From positions 8,108 to 72,107 of the forward strand of contig JAIRXB010000014.1 in NCBI GenBank assembly GCA_031268535.1: a stretch of DNA of 64,000 bases, written 5' to 3'. The notes beneath the pieces are model-generated. The model was not told where the DNA came from, did not search any database, and saw only the letters and a program-made list of their open reading frames with translations. Position 1 is the first letter of the stretch. Each line of letters starts with the position of its first letter. Below, in pieces: positions 8,895 through 18,383 of the stretch. Source of the DNA: Puniceicoccales bacterium (lineage in GTDB: Bacteria > Verrucomicrobiota > Verrucomicrobiia > Opitutales > JAIRLM01). The translations under genes and the position numbers were made by a program.

Positions 8895-10445
8895 ATGAGT
8901 GACCCACTTAAGCTTGGAGTGTTCGGATCCATAAAGTCCGCTTCCATTGAAGCCCAGATTGCTAAGCTTGAAAGCAATCTTAGTAAGTCTGTAACCGAAC
9001 TGGGCGGCACCGCAAATGTGTCTACTGAAGCTAGTGCAGGTGGCGCAAAGCCAGAAGTCGTAGGCATTGCCGGTGCGCTATTGAGCGCCATAAAAGCTGA
9101 TGCTAGTTCGCCTGGAGTCGCAAAACCAACAGCTGCGCAAAAGCTTATATTTTATGTGCTGGTGGCAATTACATTTGGCATTCTTGCGCTCATGGTTAAC
9201 AGAGCTGTGGGTGGCGTTGTCGCGGCGGTGCAAGGTGGCGATTTGGAAAAGGTTAAAACTGCTTTGAAAGATGCTTTCGGAGATACGGATGGCGAAAAAA
9301 TTGCTCAAAGCCCATACATCACGAATGCCGCCGCAAACGCAAGAGCCGTTTCGGCCGCCGCTTCCGCGTGTGACGCGATAAATGTCGCGTTCGACATTGA
9401 GGCCGCCAAAAGCCAGAAGACGGGCGCTGACGAAGACAAGAAGGCGCCAGTACCCACTAAGGCTTCGGAGCTGCTTGTCGGACTTTTGTGCGGAAAAGCG
9501 GACAAGCTTAGCGCATTAGCTGAAGCTATTGATAAAGCCAACGACGCTAACGCACTAGTGAAAGCGTTAAATGATAACCTCGCGACTAACGAAACTCAAA
9601 CTTTCAAAATTAAAGCCGGTGGTTCTGCTCCGAGTGGAGATGGCTTTACCAAACTTAAAAACACGACACTTAGTCTCGCTAAGCTTATCGGCGCCAGTTC
9701 CGCATTTGCTGTGGCACTGGATCTAACGGCGTCCCGCAAAGCAGCTGCCGTGAAAGTTCTTGCGAATGAGGCGTGGAGGGACAAGACGGGCAAAAAATCG
9801 GCAAATGAGTATTACGCGACAGTTGCGCTTACTGATGATGCCACCCTGAAAGGAACTGTGGACACTGCTGCCGCAGAGGTCGCCGCGGCGCTTAAAGCAC
9901 TAGTTAATAAAACTGGCAGTGACGGCACGAACAAACTCAAGGGCAAAATAGCGGTTGTGGCAGATTCATCCGCAGCCGTAGACGAAGACGGCATTGTTGG
10001 TGATAAGCTTGCAGAAGGCGTTGGGGAGTTTGTGTGCAAAGCCGCTGAAAAACATTTAAGTGAAGGCGGGAAGCTCGAAGATCTTTCAGTTGCCGTTCCC
10101 ACTAAAGCATTGGAACTTCTTCCGGTGCTTGGGCTGGCGAAGCTAGATAGTAATGTCGACATTACTGATGCTACGACCGCGGAATCGGTTGGCCTCGGAG
10201 GCGAGGTGACAGGAAAGATTAAGGTCCTTGCTGACAAATATGTGGCAATGCTAAAAGCGGCAAATGTAGGCGAAACAAACAAAACGCTTGGGCAGCTAAT
10301 TGAAGAAGAAGTAACCAAAGCGAAAACGAATGCTGAAGCGACGGCTACTGCTGCAAGAGCTGCATTTATTGGTGCTGTTACTCCTGCGAAGATTCCACCT
10401 TCAGATCCGAAAGCGCCGAAAAAACCTGCTGAAGATACTAAATGA
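8895..10445 (+). CDS. Paralog 3 of the Ala-rich membrane protein family
   Basis: Track ORF of 516 aa. Transmembrane segment AAQKLIFYVLVAITFGILALMV, plus ALKDAFGDTDGEKIA, AWRDKTGKKSANEYYATVA and TLGQLIEEE. It is preceded by the GAGGAAT Shine-Dalgarno sequence and the conserved promoter module. Confidence 0.85.
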   Translation: MSDPLKLGVFGSIKSASIEAQIAKLESNLSKSVTELGGTANVSTEASAGGAKPEVVGIAGALLSAIKADASSPGVAKPTAAQKLIFYVLVAITFGILALMVNRAVGGVVAAVQGGDLEKVKTALKDAFGDTDGEKIAQSPYITNAAANARAVSAAASACDAINVAFDIEAAKSQKTGADEDKKAPVPTKASELLVGLLCGKADKLSALAEAIDKANDANALVKALNDNLATNETQTFKIKAGGSAPSGDGFTKLKNTTLSLAKLIGASSAFAVALDLTASRKAAAVKVLANEAWRDKTGKKSANEYYATVALTDDATLKGTVDTAAAEVAAALKALVNKTGSDGTNKLKGKIAVVADSSAAVDEDGIVGDKLAEGVGEFVCKAAEKHLSEGGKLEDLSVAVPTKALELLPVLGLAKLDSNVDITDATTAESVGLGGEVTGKIKVLADKYVAMLKAANVGETNKTLGQLIEEEVTKAKTNAEATATAARAAFIGAVTPAKIPPSDPKAPKKPAEDTK

Positions 10446-10656
10446 AAGCCGTAAATGATCTGCCGACGATTTGCGGCGACGTCTAAGCCCTAGACGATGG
10501 ACTGACGGTGGCGCGTAGGCGAACTGCGAAGGCGCGCTTGGCGGGCGACCTCATTGGGCGTACGCCGCGAGTGCTTCCGCCGTTAAATTTTCATTTTCGC
10601 TGCGAACTTTCGCGCGGAAATCATTTATAGGTGGCTCTGGCAGGCGAATAACCAAA

Positions 10657-10996
10657 TATTGGTGACGGAAGGAAGATTGCGCGCGTCATCGGCATGGAAA
10701 TTTTCGACCCGATAGGGAATTCAGCCGTTGAGGTTGATATCGTCCTGCGGGACGGATCCGTAGGACGCGCCGCCGTCTCGTCCGGCGCCAGCACCGGCGA
10801 GAGGGAGGCGCTGGAGTTACGCGACTGCGATGCGCCCAATGAGTACCTCGGTGATGACCCGCAATTTGCCCCCGTGCGCTACGGCGGCAAAGGTGTGCTT
10901 GCTGCGGTGCACAACATAAATGCGGCGATGGGGCCCGGAATCGTCGCGCTGGACGCCGCAGACCAGGGGCTGGGGAAAAGTTTTTCCGCTCTTTAA
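10657..10996 (+). pseudogene. Second, younger 5' fragment of enolase (eno'), about 100 codons and near-identical to eno, with the start codon mutated (ATG to ATT)
   Basis: Track ORF 10694..10996 ([58 protein letters not shown]...ALDAADQG) matches eno residues 1-100 almost exactly. It ends at the same junction (gaccaggggctg|gggaaaag) followed by the promoter module of paralog 4. Confidence 0.8.
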
Positions 10997-11000
10997 CGTT

Positions 11001-11040
11001 TTTTCTTGCGTCATCCCTGCTCCATCGCCATACTAATTTT
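11001..11040 (+). promoter_or_regulatory. Conserved promoter-like module upstream of paralog 4
   Basis: The sequence ttttcttgcgtcatccctgctccatcgccatactaattttagggaattaaagatATG matches the other copies. Confidence 0.45.
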
Positions 11041-11054
11041 AGGGAATTAAAGAT

Positions 11055-12554
11055 ATGGCTGCACCTGTGAACACTCCTACCTTCTTTGGTGGCCTTAGGG
11101 TCTCCGTTGCTGAACGCGAATTTCACAGTGCCATTAGCGCGCTCAAGGAATCCGTAACCAAGCTGAATGTTGGTGCTGATGTGAGGACTGGAGGTGCTGG
11201 TTCTGAATCCGCCCAAAAGACAGAACGTCTGGGTCTCGCCGAAGCGTTGTTTGGCGCCGCAGAATCGAATCAAGGCCTGTTTGCGGTCTCGGGTGTGAAA
11301 CTTTCGGTTGCGCAAAAAATTGTTTACATTATTCTCGTCTTGGTTACGCTTGGTTGCTATGGATGCACGATCGAGGGCAGCGTGCGAGCTGTTGTTGGGC
11401 AGCTAAAGGAGGGCAAAGACGCTGCTGAAGTCGGGGCGGCTTTGAAGAAAATTGTAGGCGGCAGACAAGCGGATGTTGCGTTGTTTGTCGGCGACGGCAA
11501 ACACCTTGGGCCCCTTGGCAAACATGTTGCCGCCGCATCGGCCGTCGACAACCTAGCTAATCAATTCAACGCGCTGTTTAGCGTCAAAGACAAGAGCGGC
11601 AGCACTGCTAGCGATGTCACCAAATTCGATAAAGCGTTCGAGCTGCTTGCCTCTGCGTCATTCGCAAGTGCGGACAAACTTAGCGACGCAATTGATGAAG
11701 TCAATAAAAGTTCCGCTGCTGACGCCGTGGTGGTTGCTTTAAATAAACTTAATACTGGCGCAGCTCAAGAATTTAAGCTTACAGATGGTGCATCACCTGA
11801 TAAGTTTGGTGACACCAAAGTGGGGATTGCTAAGTTCTTAGCGCTTCTCTCCGCAAATCTTAATTTTGCAAATGCACTGCCCGCGAAGGACGCCCGCGTT
11901 GCGGTTGCTGGGACAATTCTTGCAGGCGAATCTTGGGCAAAGAAAGTCGCGGAAAAAAGTGCTAGCGAATACTACCTTGCAGTTGCGACCGCAAGTGAAT
12001 CCGAAGGGAAAGCGACATTCGACGCAAAAGCGGCGGCGGTTGTCAGTGCATTTAAAACACTAGTTGGTTCTGACCAAGCTTTTGAAGGCAAATTGGCGCT
12101 TGCGGCAACCCTAGGCGATAAAGTTGAAGGCGGTGGCATTACTGCTGAGTTGATTTCCGAATCAATTGCGGAACATGTGCGCGGTAAGTACGAGGCACAT
12201 TTAAATGCAGGCGGAACAAGCGACACTTTTAGCGTAGGAAGGCCCGCTAATCTTGGAGAGCTTCTTGGAGCCGTAGGGCTTGGGATAAAAAGTGGCGAAG
12301 TTGGAATCAAAGCCACTGATGCTGCGGTAGCAGACAACAAAGTCACCGAAGATGCTGTGGCGGCATTTATGGCCGCTGTTGAGCAGTGTATTGTGTGGAT
12401 AAAAGCGGCGAAAGTGACAGGTGACAAAACCATCGAAACGTTAATTACGGATGCGGTTGAAAGTAAGAAACGAGTCGCAGAAAATGCCGTTAGCGACGCG
12501 CGGGACGCATTATCTGCTACTGCTAAGTCGGTGCCACCTGCATCCGCATCATAG
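11055..12554 (+). CDS. Paralog 4 of the Ala-rich membrane protein family
   Basis: Track ORF of 499 aa. FFGGLRVSVAEREF, transmembrane segment SVAQKIVYIILVLVTLGCYG, plus AFELLASASFASADKLSDAID, EYYLAVA, FEGKLALAATLGD, ELISESIAEHVRGKYE and LGELLGAVGL. Confidence 0.85.
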   Translation: MAAPVNTPTFFGGLRVSVAEREFHSAISALKESVTKLNVGADVRTGGAGSESAQKTERLGLAEALFGAAESNQGLFAVSGVKLSVAQKIVYIILVLVTLGCYGCTIEGSVRAVVGQLKEGKDAAEVGAALKKIVGGRQADVALFVGDGKHLGPLGKHVAAASAVDNLANQFNALFSVKDKSGSTASDVTKFDKAFELLASASFASADKLSDAIDEVNKSSAADAVVVALNKLNTGAAQEFKLTDGASPDKFGDTKVGIAKFLALLSANLNFANALPAKDARVAVAGTILAGESWAKKVAEKSASEYYLAVATASESEGKATFDAKAAAVVSAFKTLVGSDQAFEGKLALAATLGDKVEGGGITAELISESIAEHVRGKYEAHLNAGGTSDTFSVGRPANLGELLGAVGLGIKSGEVGIKATDAAVADNKVTEDAVAAFMAAVEQCIVWIKAAKVTGDKTIETLITDAVESKKRVAENAVSDARDALSATAKSVPPASAS

Positions 12555-12623
12555 GTGCGTCCCAAACGATGGAACGGCGGTGGCCCAATTCGCCAGGGCC
12601 ACCAATTTGGCCGCTGAAGGCGT

Positions 12624-14276
12624 GTGGATTCATTTTTTCCAATAAATCCACACGTCTTTCCGCATTCGCAATTTCGCAAAAGGCCTGCGAAAGGAGTTTT
12701 GCCTGTGAGTATTTCGTTCACCCAATCTATCGTGGCTCACTCGGCTTTGAACAGGCTTGCCGACGATGTGGCCAAGCGCGCTTCATCGGCAACGACCGAC
12801 ATTGGTGCCGCCGCAAAAGTGGCAACGAAGGCTAATGTTGTTGCCGCTGGCGGTGTGGCTGCGGCGACGGATTGCGCAGTCGCCAAAGCGCTAGTTTGCG
12901 CGGTGAAGATTGACGACGACAAAACCCTTGGCTGCGTTGCACAACTTTCTTTCGGGGTAAGACTTGCATGGTTTGCGCTCACATTGTTTAGTTTTGGCCT
13001 ATGGCATTTCCTGGTGGTTAATCGCCAATCGCGGGATGTATCCGACAAGTTGATTGGAGCGGGCGGCGACTCCATTGACGCCGATGGACTGAAAAGAATC
13101 TTAGGTGAAGAGTTGGGCGAAAAATTAGCCAATTCTTCATACGTTAGGAGCTGCACGGTCGCCACAAGCCTCTCCGGGGCGGTTGACGATTTTGCGGGCA
13201 AATTTAACGCAGCATTCACAGTAGCTAAATCCACTGAGGCAGAGGTAGAAAAGCAAACAACATTCCAGAAGCCGATTGAGCTGCTTGCCTACGCTACGCA
13301 CCTGGCCCAAAATGCAAGTTATCATTATCTAATGGCGTTTGCTGGCGCCATGAGCGGGACTAGTGATGTCTATGAATTGATGGATGTGCTGAATCGTTAT
13401 GTCATAGATGGCGGGCAAGCATTTTTGATCGCGGAAAGTGCGCCTGCTGAACTAGCAACCTTTGAAGATTTAAGGGCGGCCCTAGTGGCGTTCGTCCGCC
13501 TTACCGCCGCCGCCATGGGCATAGCGGAAACGTTGGATCCGAAGGCATTGCGCCAGGAAGCTGCCAAAAATGTGTTTTACGATAGCAGTGCGTGGAGGGA
13601 GTTTGAGAGTGCTGCCGAAAGAGCAAACGATGAATGTGACGCCAATGCGGCCGTTAAAGCGGCAATTGATGGTCAAAATGTTTTTGGAGAGGAAAAAGGC
13701 GATGAAGCAACGGCGTTCAATGCATGCTTTGGGAAGCTGGTAGCCGCTCTCGGGCGCGGCGGGCCCATTGAAGGCGCCATTGCGAGTGCCGATGGCAGCG
13801 CAATTGCCGATGGAGACGCGCTAAGGGATGCGATCAAGAGCGAAATCGACCATAAGATTTTCTGGAGAGCATTAGTCGTATCCGTAGTCTACTACTATAA
13901 GATGTTCCTCATTGGCGATCCCTACAAAAAACAAGATTTCGCCGCATCGTTGGCCGAAGAAGATGGCGGTTGCCTTGTGAGATTGCTCGGTCTACGGTTT
14001 TTTGGCGCCGCATCATCGGATGGAATGGAAAGGGATGCTGCCAGCAGGGCGATTGCAGACGCCATCCGGCCCCTCATTGTCGAACTTGCCGACGTCATTG
14101 CTGCGGCTAAGTTCAGTGTAGACGGTGCGGATGTGACCGTAGAAGATCTAATTGCGAAGGAAGAAACTGCGCTAAAGACTAAAGCTGAGACAGCAATTTT
14201 AAATGCGCGAGACGTTTTTATCGCTGCCGCTAGGGAGGTCGCCACTTCTAGCGCCAGCGCTGAAGACGCTGAGTAG
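12624..14276 (+). CDS. Paralog 5 of the Ala-rich membrane protein family, the most divergent copy; it probably starts at the GTG near 12705 after AGGAG
   Basis: Track ORF of 550 aa. It has the same architecture: an N-terminal region, a hydrophobic helix (LSFGVRLAWFALTLFSFGLWHFLVV), then a long Ala/Asp/Glu/Lys-rich region containing IELLAYATHLAQNAS and an Ala-rich C-terminus. It lacks the conserved upstream promoter module and follows paralog 4 after about 70-150 bp. Confidence 0.75.
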   Translation: MDSFFPINPHVFPHSQFRKRPAKGVLPVSISFTQSIVAHSALNRLADDVAKRASSATTDIGAAAKVATKANVVAAGGVAAATDCAVAKALVCAVKIDDDKTLGCVAQLSFGVRLAWFALTLFSFGLWHFLVVNRQSRDVSDKLIGAGGDSIDADGLKRILGEELGEKLANSSYVRSCTVATSLSGAVDDFAGKFNAAFTVAKSTEAEVEKQTTFQKPIELLAYATHLAQNASYHYLMAFAGAMSGTSDVYELMDVLNRYVIDGGQAFLIAESAPAELATFEDLRAALVAFVRLTAAAMGIAETLDPKALRQEAAKNVFYDSSAWREFESAAERANDECDANAAVKAAIDGQNVFGEEKGDEATAFNACFGKLVAALGRGGPIEGAIASADGSAIADGDALRDAIKSEIDHKIFWRALVVSVVYYYKMFLIGDPYKKQDFAASLAEEDGGCLVRLLGLRFFGAASSDGMERDAASRAIADAIRPLIVELADVIAAAKFSVDGADVTVEDLIAKEETALKTKAETAILNARDVFIAAAREVATSSASAEDAE

Positions 14277-14389
14277 GTGGATCGTGGGAGGCGTTTTGCG
14301 CCAAGAGGTCCGTTGGTGGAAAGTCCTTTGGCGCTAGGTTTTTGATTTCCGCCTAAAATTTTCTGTGGGATTTTCGCGAATGGCTTTGA

Positions 14390-15739
<1,350 letters not shown>

Positions 15740-15743
15740 GGCA

Positions 15744-16481
15744 ATGGCCATCAAGCTGGATCTCGTTCGCGGTGAATTGGTGGCGCGGCCGAATCGCTTC
15801 GTGTTTACGGCGAAAGTGAATGGCGAAACGGTGCGACTCCACTGTCCCGTGACGGGCAGCATTGGCGGCATATGCGACTTTAGTTCAATGCCGTGCCTGC
15901 TGAGTCCCGCTGGCGCTGGAGGGCGATCAACTGCCGGCACGGTGGAGGGCATTTCGCTCGATAGGGGCAAATCCTGGATCGGCATAAACCAAAATCACGT
16001 GAACCGGTGGATGGAGCAGTTTCTCCAGGAAAATGCGCTGGATGAGATGGTTCCGTGCGCCGGGGCAACCGTTAGTCGTGAGGTGCGGGTCGGCAATTCG
16101 CGGCTAGATCTTTGCGTGATGGCCGGCGAAAGGCGCACCTACATCGAAGTAAAAACACCAATGCGGGACCTGCTCCTCGGCGACAATGTGGAATTTCATC
16201 GGCCGTCCTCTTCCGACTATTTTGCTCGCGGCATCAAGCACTTTGAGGAACTTGCCAAATTGGCGGTGGCGGGCAACCGTACGGTTGTGGCCCTATGCTG
16301 TATGTATGACGCATCGCCATTTAGGCCGCCGCAAACGGAATGGGGAAGGCACATCCAGGAGGCCGTAAATCGCGCAAGGCACTGCGGCGTAGAAATGTGG
16401 CAGGTAAATTTAAAGTTGAGCCCGAAACGCATTTCCGTGGCGTCCATCAGGAATATGCCGCCATTTTTTGCGGGGCCATAG
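15744..16481 (+). CDS. sfsA: SfsA-like protein (sugar fermentation stimulation protein homolog)
   Basis: 245 aa. The N-terminus LVRGELVARPNRFVFTAKVNGETVRLHCPVTGSIGG matches the SfsA pattern (R-x-NRF ... HCPNTG). It starts 5 nt after eno. Confidence 0.6.
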   Translation: MAIKLDLVRGELVARPNRFVFTAKVNGETVRLHCPVTGSIGGICDFSSMPCLLSPAGAGGRSTAGTVEGISLDRGKSWIGINQNHVNRWMEQFLQENALDEMVPCAGATVSREVRVGNSRLDLCVMAGERRTYIEVKTPMRDLLLGDNVEFHRPSSSDYFARGIKHFEELAKLAVAGNRTVVALCCMYDASPFRPPQTEWGRHIQEAVNRARHCGVEMWQVNLKLSPKRISVASIRNMPPFFAGP

Positions 16482-16494
16482 TGCGGTTTCAGCG

Positions 16495-16790
16495 GTCGAT
16501 TTCTTCGGCTTCGGCGCCGCGAAGAATGTGTATGTCTCTGGTGGCGTTATCCTGCAGCACATCTATGATGTCGTCCTTGGTGACTATGCCTATCAGTCTG
16601 CCCATGTGGTCGACGATGGGGGGCGCTCTGCCTGTTAGATTCAGCCATCACCTGCACCACGAGAGCGGTGGAATCGTCGGCGTGGCACGCGCTGTGGCGA
16701 TCGCAGTCCAATATTTTGCCTATGCGCCGTTTGCCGTCCGCTTTGATTAGCGTGTGCAACGACACGCTGCCGGCGAGACGCCGCGATTAG
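16495..16790 (-). pseudogene. Displaced internal fragment of mgtE (CBS-domain region), a duplicate of about 17498-17790
   Basis: Direct nucleotide comparison shows about 85-90% identity over roughly 290 bp. For example, tggtggcgttatcctgcagcacatctatgatgtcgtccttggtgactatgcctatcagtctgcccatgtggtcgacgatgg is shared, as is the downstream stretch ...gcagtccaatattttgcctatgcgc. Confidence 0.75.
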
Positions 16791-16799
16791 GCGTTTTGG

Positions 16800-16965
16800 G
16801 GAACGGCGTAGCGCTACACCGCGGCGCCTATCTCCAAGTGTCGCCATTCCGTCCGCTAAATGTGGACCTGCTCGCGCGCGACTTGCTCTTCGACGACGAT
16901 GCGAAATTTCATCGGCTCTACCAATCCGGCTATTTTGCTCGACGCATCGAGCGATTCCGTCCGCT
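16800..16965 (+). repeat. Degenerate duplicate of the sfsA 3' region (about 16110-16250)
   Basis: The stretch gacctgctc...cgacgacgatgcgaaatttcatcgg...ccggctattttgctcgacgcatcgagc aligns with gacctgctcctcggcgacaatgtggaatttcatcggcc...ccgactattttgctcgcggcatcaagc in sfsA. Confidence 0.55.
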
Positions 16966-16968
16966 AAA

Positions 16969-18366
16969 TTAGAGCAGCAGCGAACAGCCGATGCGGAGGA
17001 AGAAAAACATTCCCATGGTGTCCGTTATCATGGTGAGAAATATGTAGGCGCTTTGGGCGGGATCGAATTTCAATTTGTGAAGCGTGAACGGGATTACCGC
17101 GCCCGATAGTCCGCAGAGGGAAAGATTGGCGGTCATGGCAAGAAAAATTGCGGCGCCGACTCGCACGTTGCGCGTGAGCAGTGCGCTGGCTGCGCCCGCC
17201 ACAACTCCAATGGTGAGGCCGTTGCATAGGCCCTTGAGCGTTTCTCGCACGCATATGCCGACGGTGTCGCCGCGGCGCCACTGGTCCATGGCGATGCTGC
17301 GGATGGCGACCGCCAGCGTCTGTCCGCCGGAATTTCCGCCAAGGCTGGTCACCAGCGTCATGAACACCGCCAGGAGTGGAAGTTGTTCTATCTGCGGCTG
17401 AAAAAATGACACCACAAGGGAGCCCAATGCGGCGGTGAAAAGATTGAAAACTAGCCACGGGTTGCGCCTGAAGACGCTGCAGTGCACCGGATCGTGTATG
17501 GTTTCTTCGGCTCCGGCGCCGTGGAGGATGTGTATGTCCCTGGTGGCGTTGTCCTGCAGCACATCTATGATGTCGTCGTTGGTGACTATGCCTATCAGTC
17601 TGCCCATGTGGTCGACGATGGGGACGCTCTGCCTGTTGGATTCCGCCATCACCTGCGCCACGAGAGCGGTGGAATCGTCGGCGTGGCACGCGCTGTGGCG
17701 ATCGCAGTCCAATATTTTGCCTATGCGCTGCTTGCCGTCCGCTTTGATTAGCGTGTGCAATGACACGCTGCCGGCGAGGCGCCCGTTTGAGTCGACGGCG
17801 TAGATGACATCCAAATTTTCGTTGTCCACTACGCCGGAGCGCAGTTTCTGCAGCATCTCGTCGACCGACCATTCTGTGTGGGCCTTGTTCACGAGCGGAG
17901 TCATGACGCCGCCGGCCGAATCTTTGTCGTAGGAGAGAAGGTTGTAAATTGTCTCCGACGATTCGACTGGCAATTTGCCAAGGAGCCTGTCCCTGTCCTC
18001 CTCGTCGAGGCGACGCACGATGTAGGCGGCGTCGTCGGGCTCCAGCAGCGAAAGAATGCGCAGGGCGCGCATACCTTTCAGTTGCGCCAAAACTCCAGCG
18101 GAGTCTTCGGATGGCAAAGTTGAGAGCACTTCGCCGGCGAGGCTGTCAGACAGTTTCTTTAGAAATTCTGACTGGTCGGCCGGCTCTAGCCGCAGGAGCA
18201 CTTGGCCGAGTTTGCGCGGCGAAGTGCGGGAAAGTTTCCGGCGATCGAGGCCGCGAAAGTCCTTTCCGTAGAGCTCCATGAGCTCGTCGAAGCCATATTC
18301 GTCGCAGCTCGAAGCGCCGTCGCCCTCCGGGATCCAACCTCCGCCAATGCTGCCGTCGTCCGCCAT
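16969..18366 (-). CDS. mgtE: Magnesium transporter MgtE
   Basis: 465 aa. It contains the MgtE N-domain, tandem CBS domains (VDSNGRLAGSVSLHTLIKA...VDHMGRLIGIVTNDDIIDVL) and the C-terminal transmembrane domain with GGNSGGQ. Confidence 0.9.
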   Translation of the reverse strand: MADDGSIGGGWIPEGDGASSCDEYGFDELMELYGKDFRGLDRRKLSRTSPRKLGQVLLRLEPADQSEFLKKLSDSLAGEVLSTLPSEDSAGVLAQLKGMRALRILSLLEPDDAAYIVRRLDEEDRDRLLGKLPVESSETIYNLLSYDKDSAGGVMTPLVNKAHTEWSVDEMLQKLRSGVVDNENLDVIYAVDSNGRLAGSVSLHTLIKADGKQRIGKILDCDRHSACHADDSTALVAQVMAESNRQSVPIVDHMGRLIGIVTNDDIIDVLQDNATRDIHILHGAGAEETIHDPVHCSVFRRNPWLVFNLFTAALGSLVVSFFQPQIEQLPLLAVFMTLVTSLGGNSGGQTLAVAIRSIAMDQWRRGDTVGICVRETLKGLCNGLTIGVVAGAASALLTRNVRVGAAIFLAMTANLSLCGLSGAVIPFTLHKLKFDPAQSAYIFLTMITDTMGMFFFLRIGCSLLL

Positions 18367-18383
18367 GGCACCACTAAAAATTT

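Noticed and set aside
5428-14245. Multiple minus-strand ORFs of 100-250 aa (5428..5814, 6729..7406, 7692..8183, 9812..10318, 11972..12721, 12737..13234, 13922..14245) antisense to the Ala-rich paralogs
   Set aside because: Ala-rich GCN codons read in antisense give long stop-free Ser/Ala/Thr/Pro runs. These are compositional artefacts with low-complexity products.
16964-17872. 302-aa Arg/His-rich ORF on the minus strand overlapping mgtE
   Set aside because: It is an out-of-frame shadow of mgtE in high-GC DNA. Its composition is non-protein-like (RRRxRxR runs) and it is fully contained in a confidently assigned gene.
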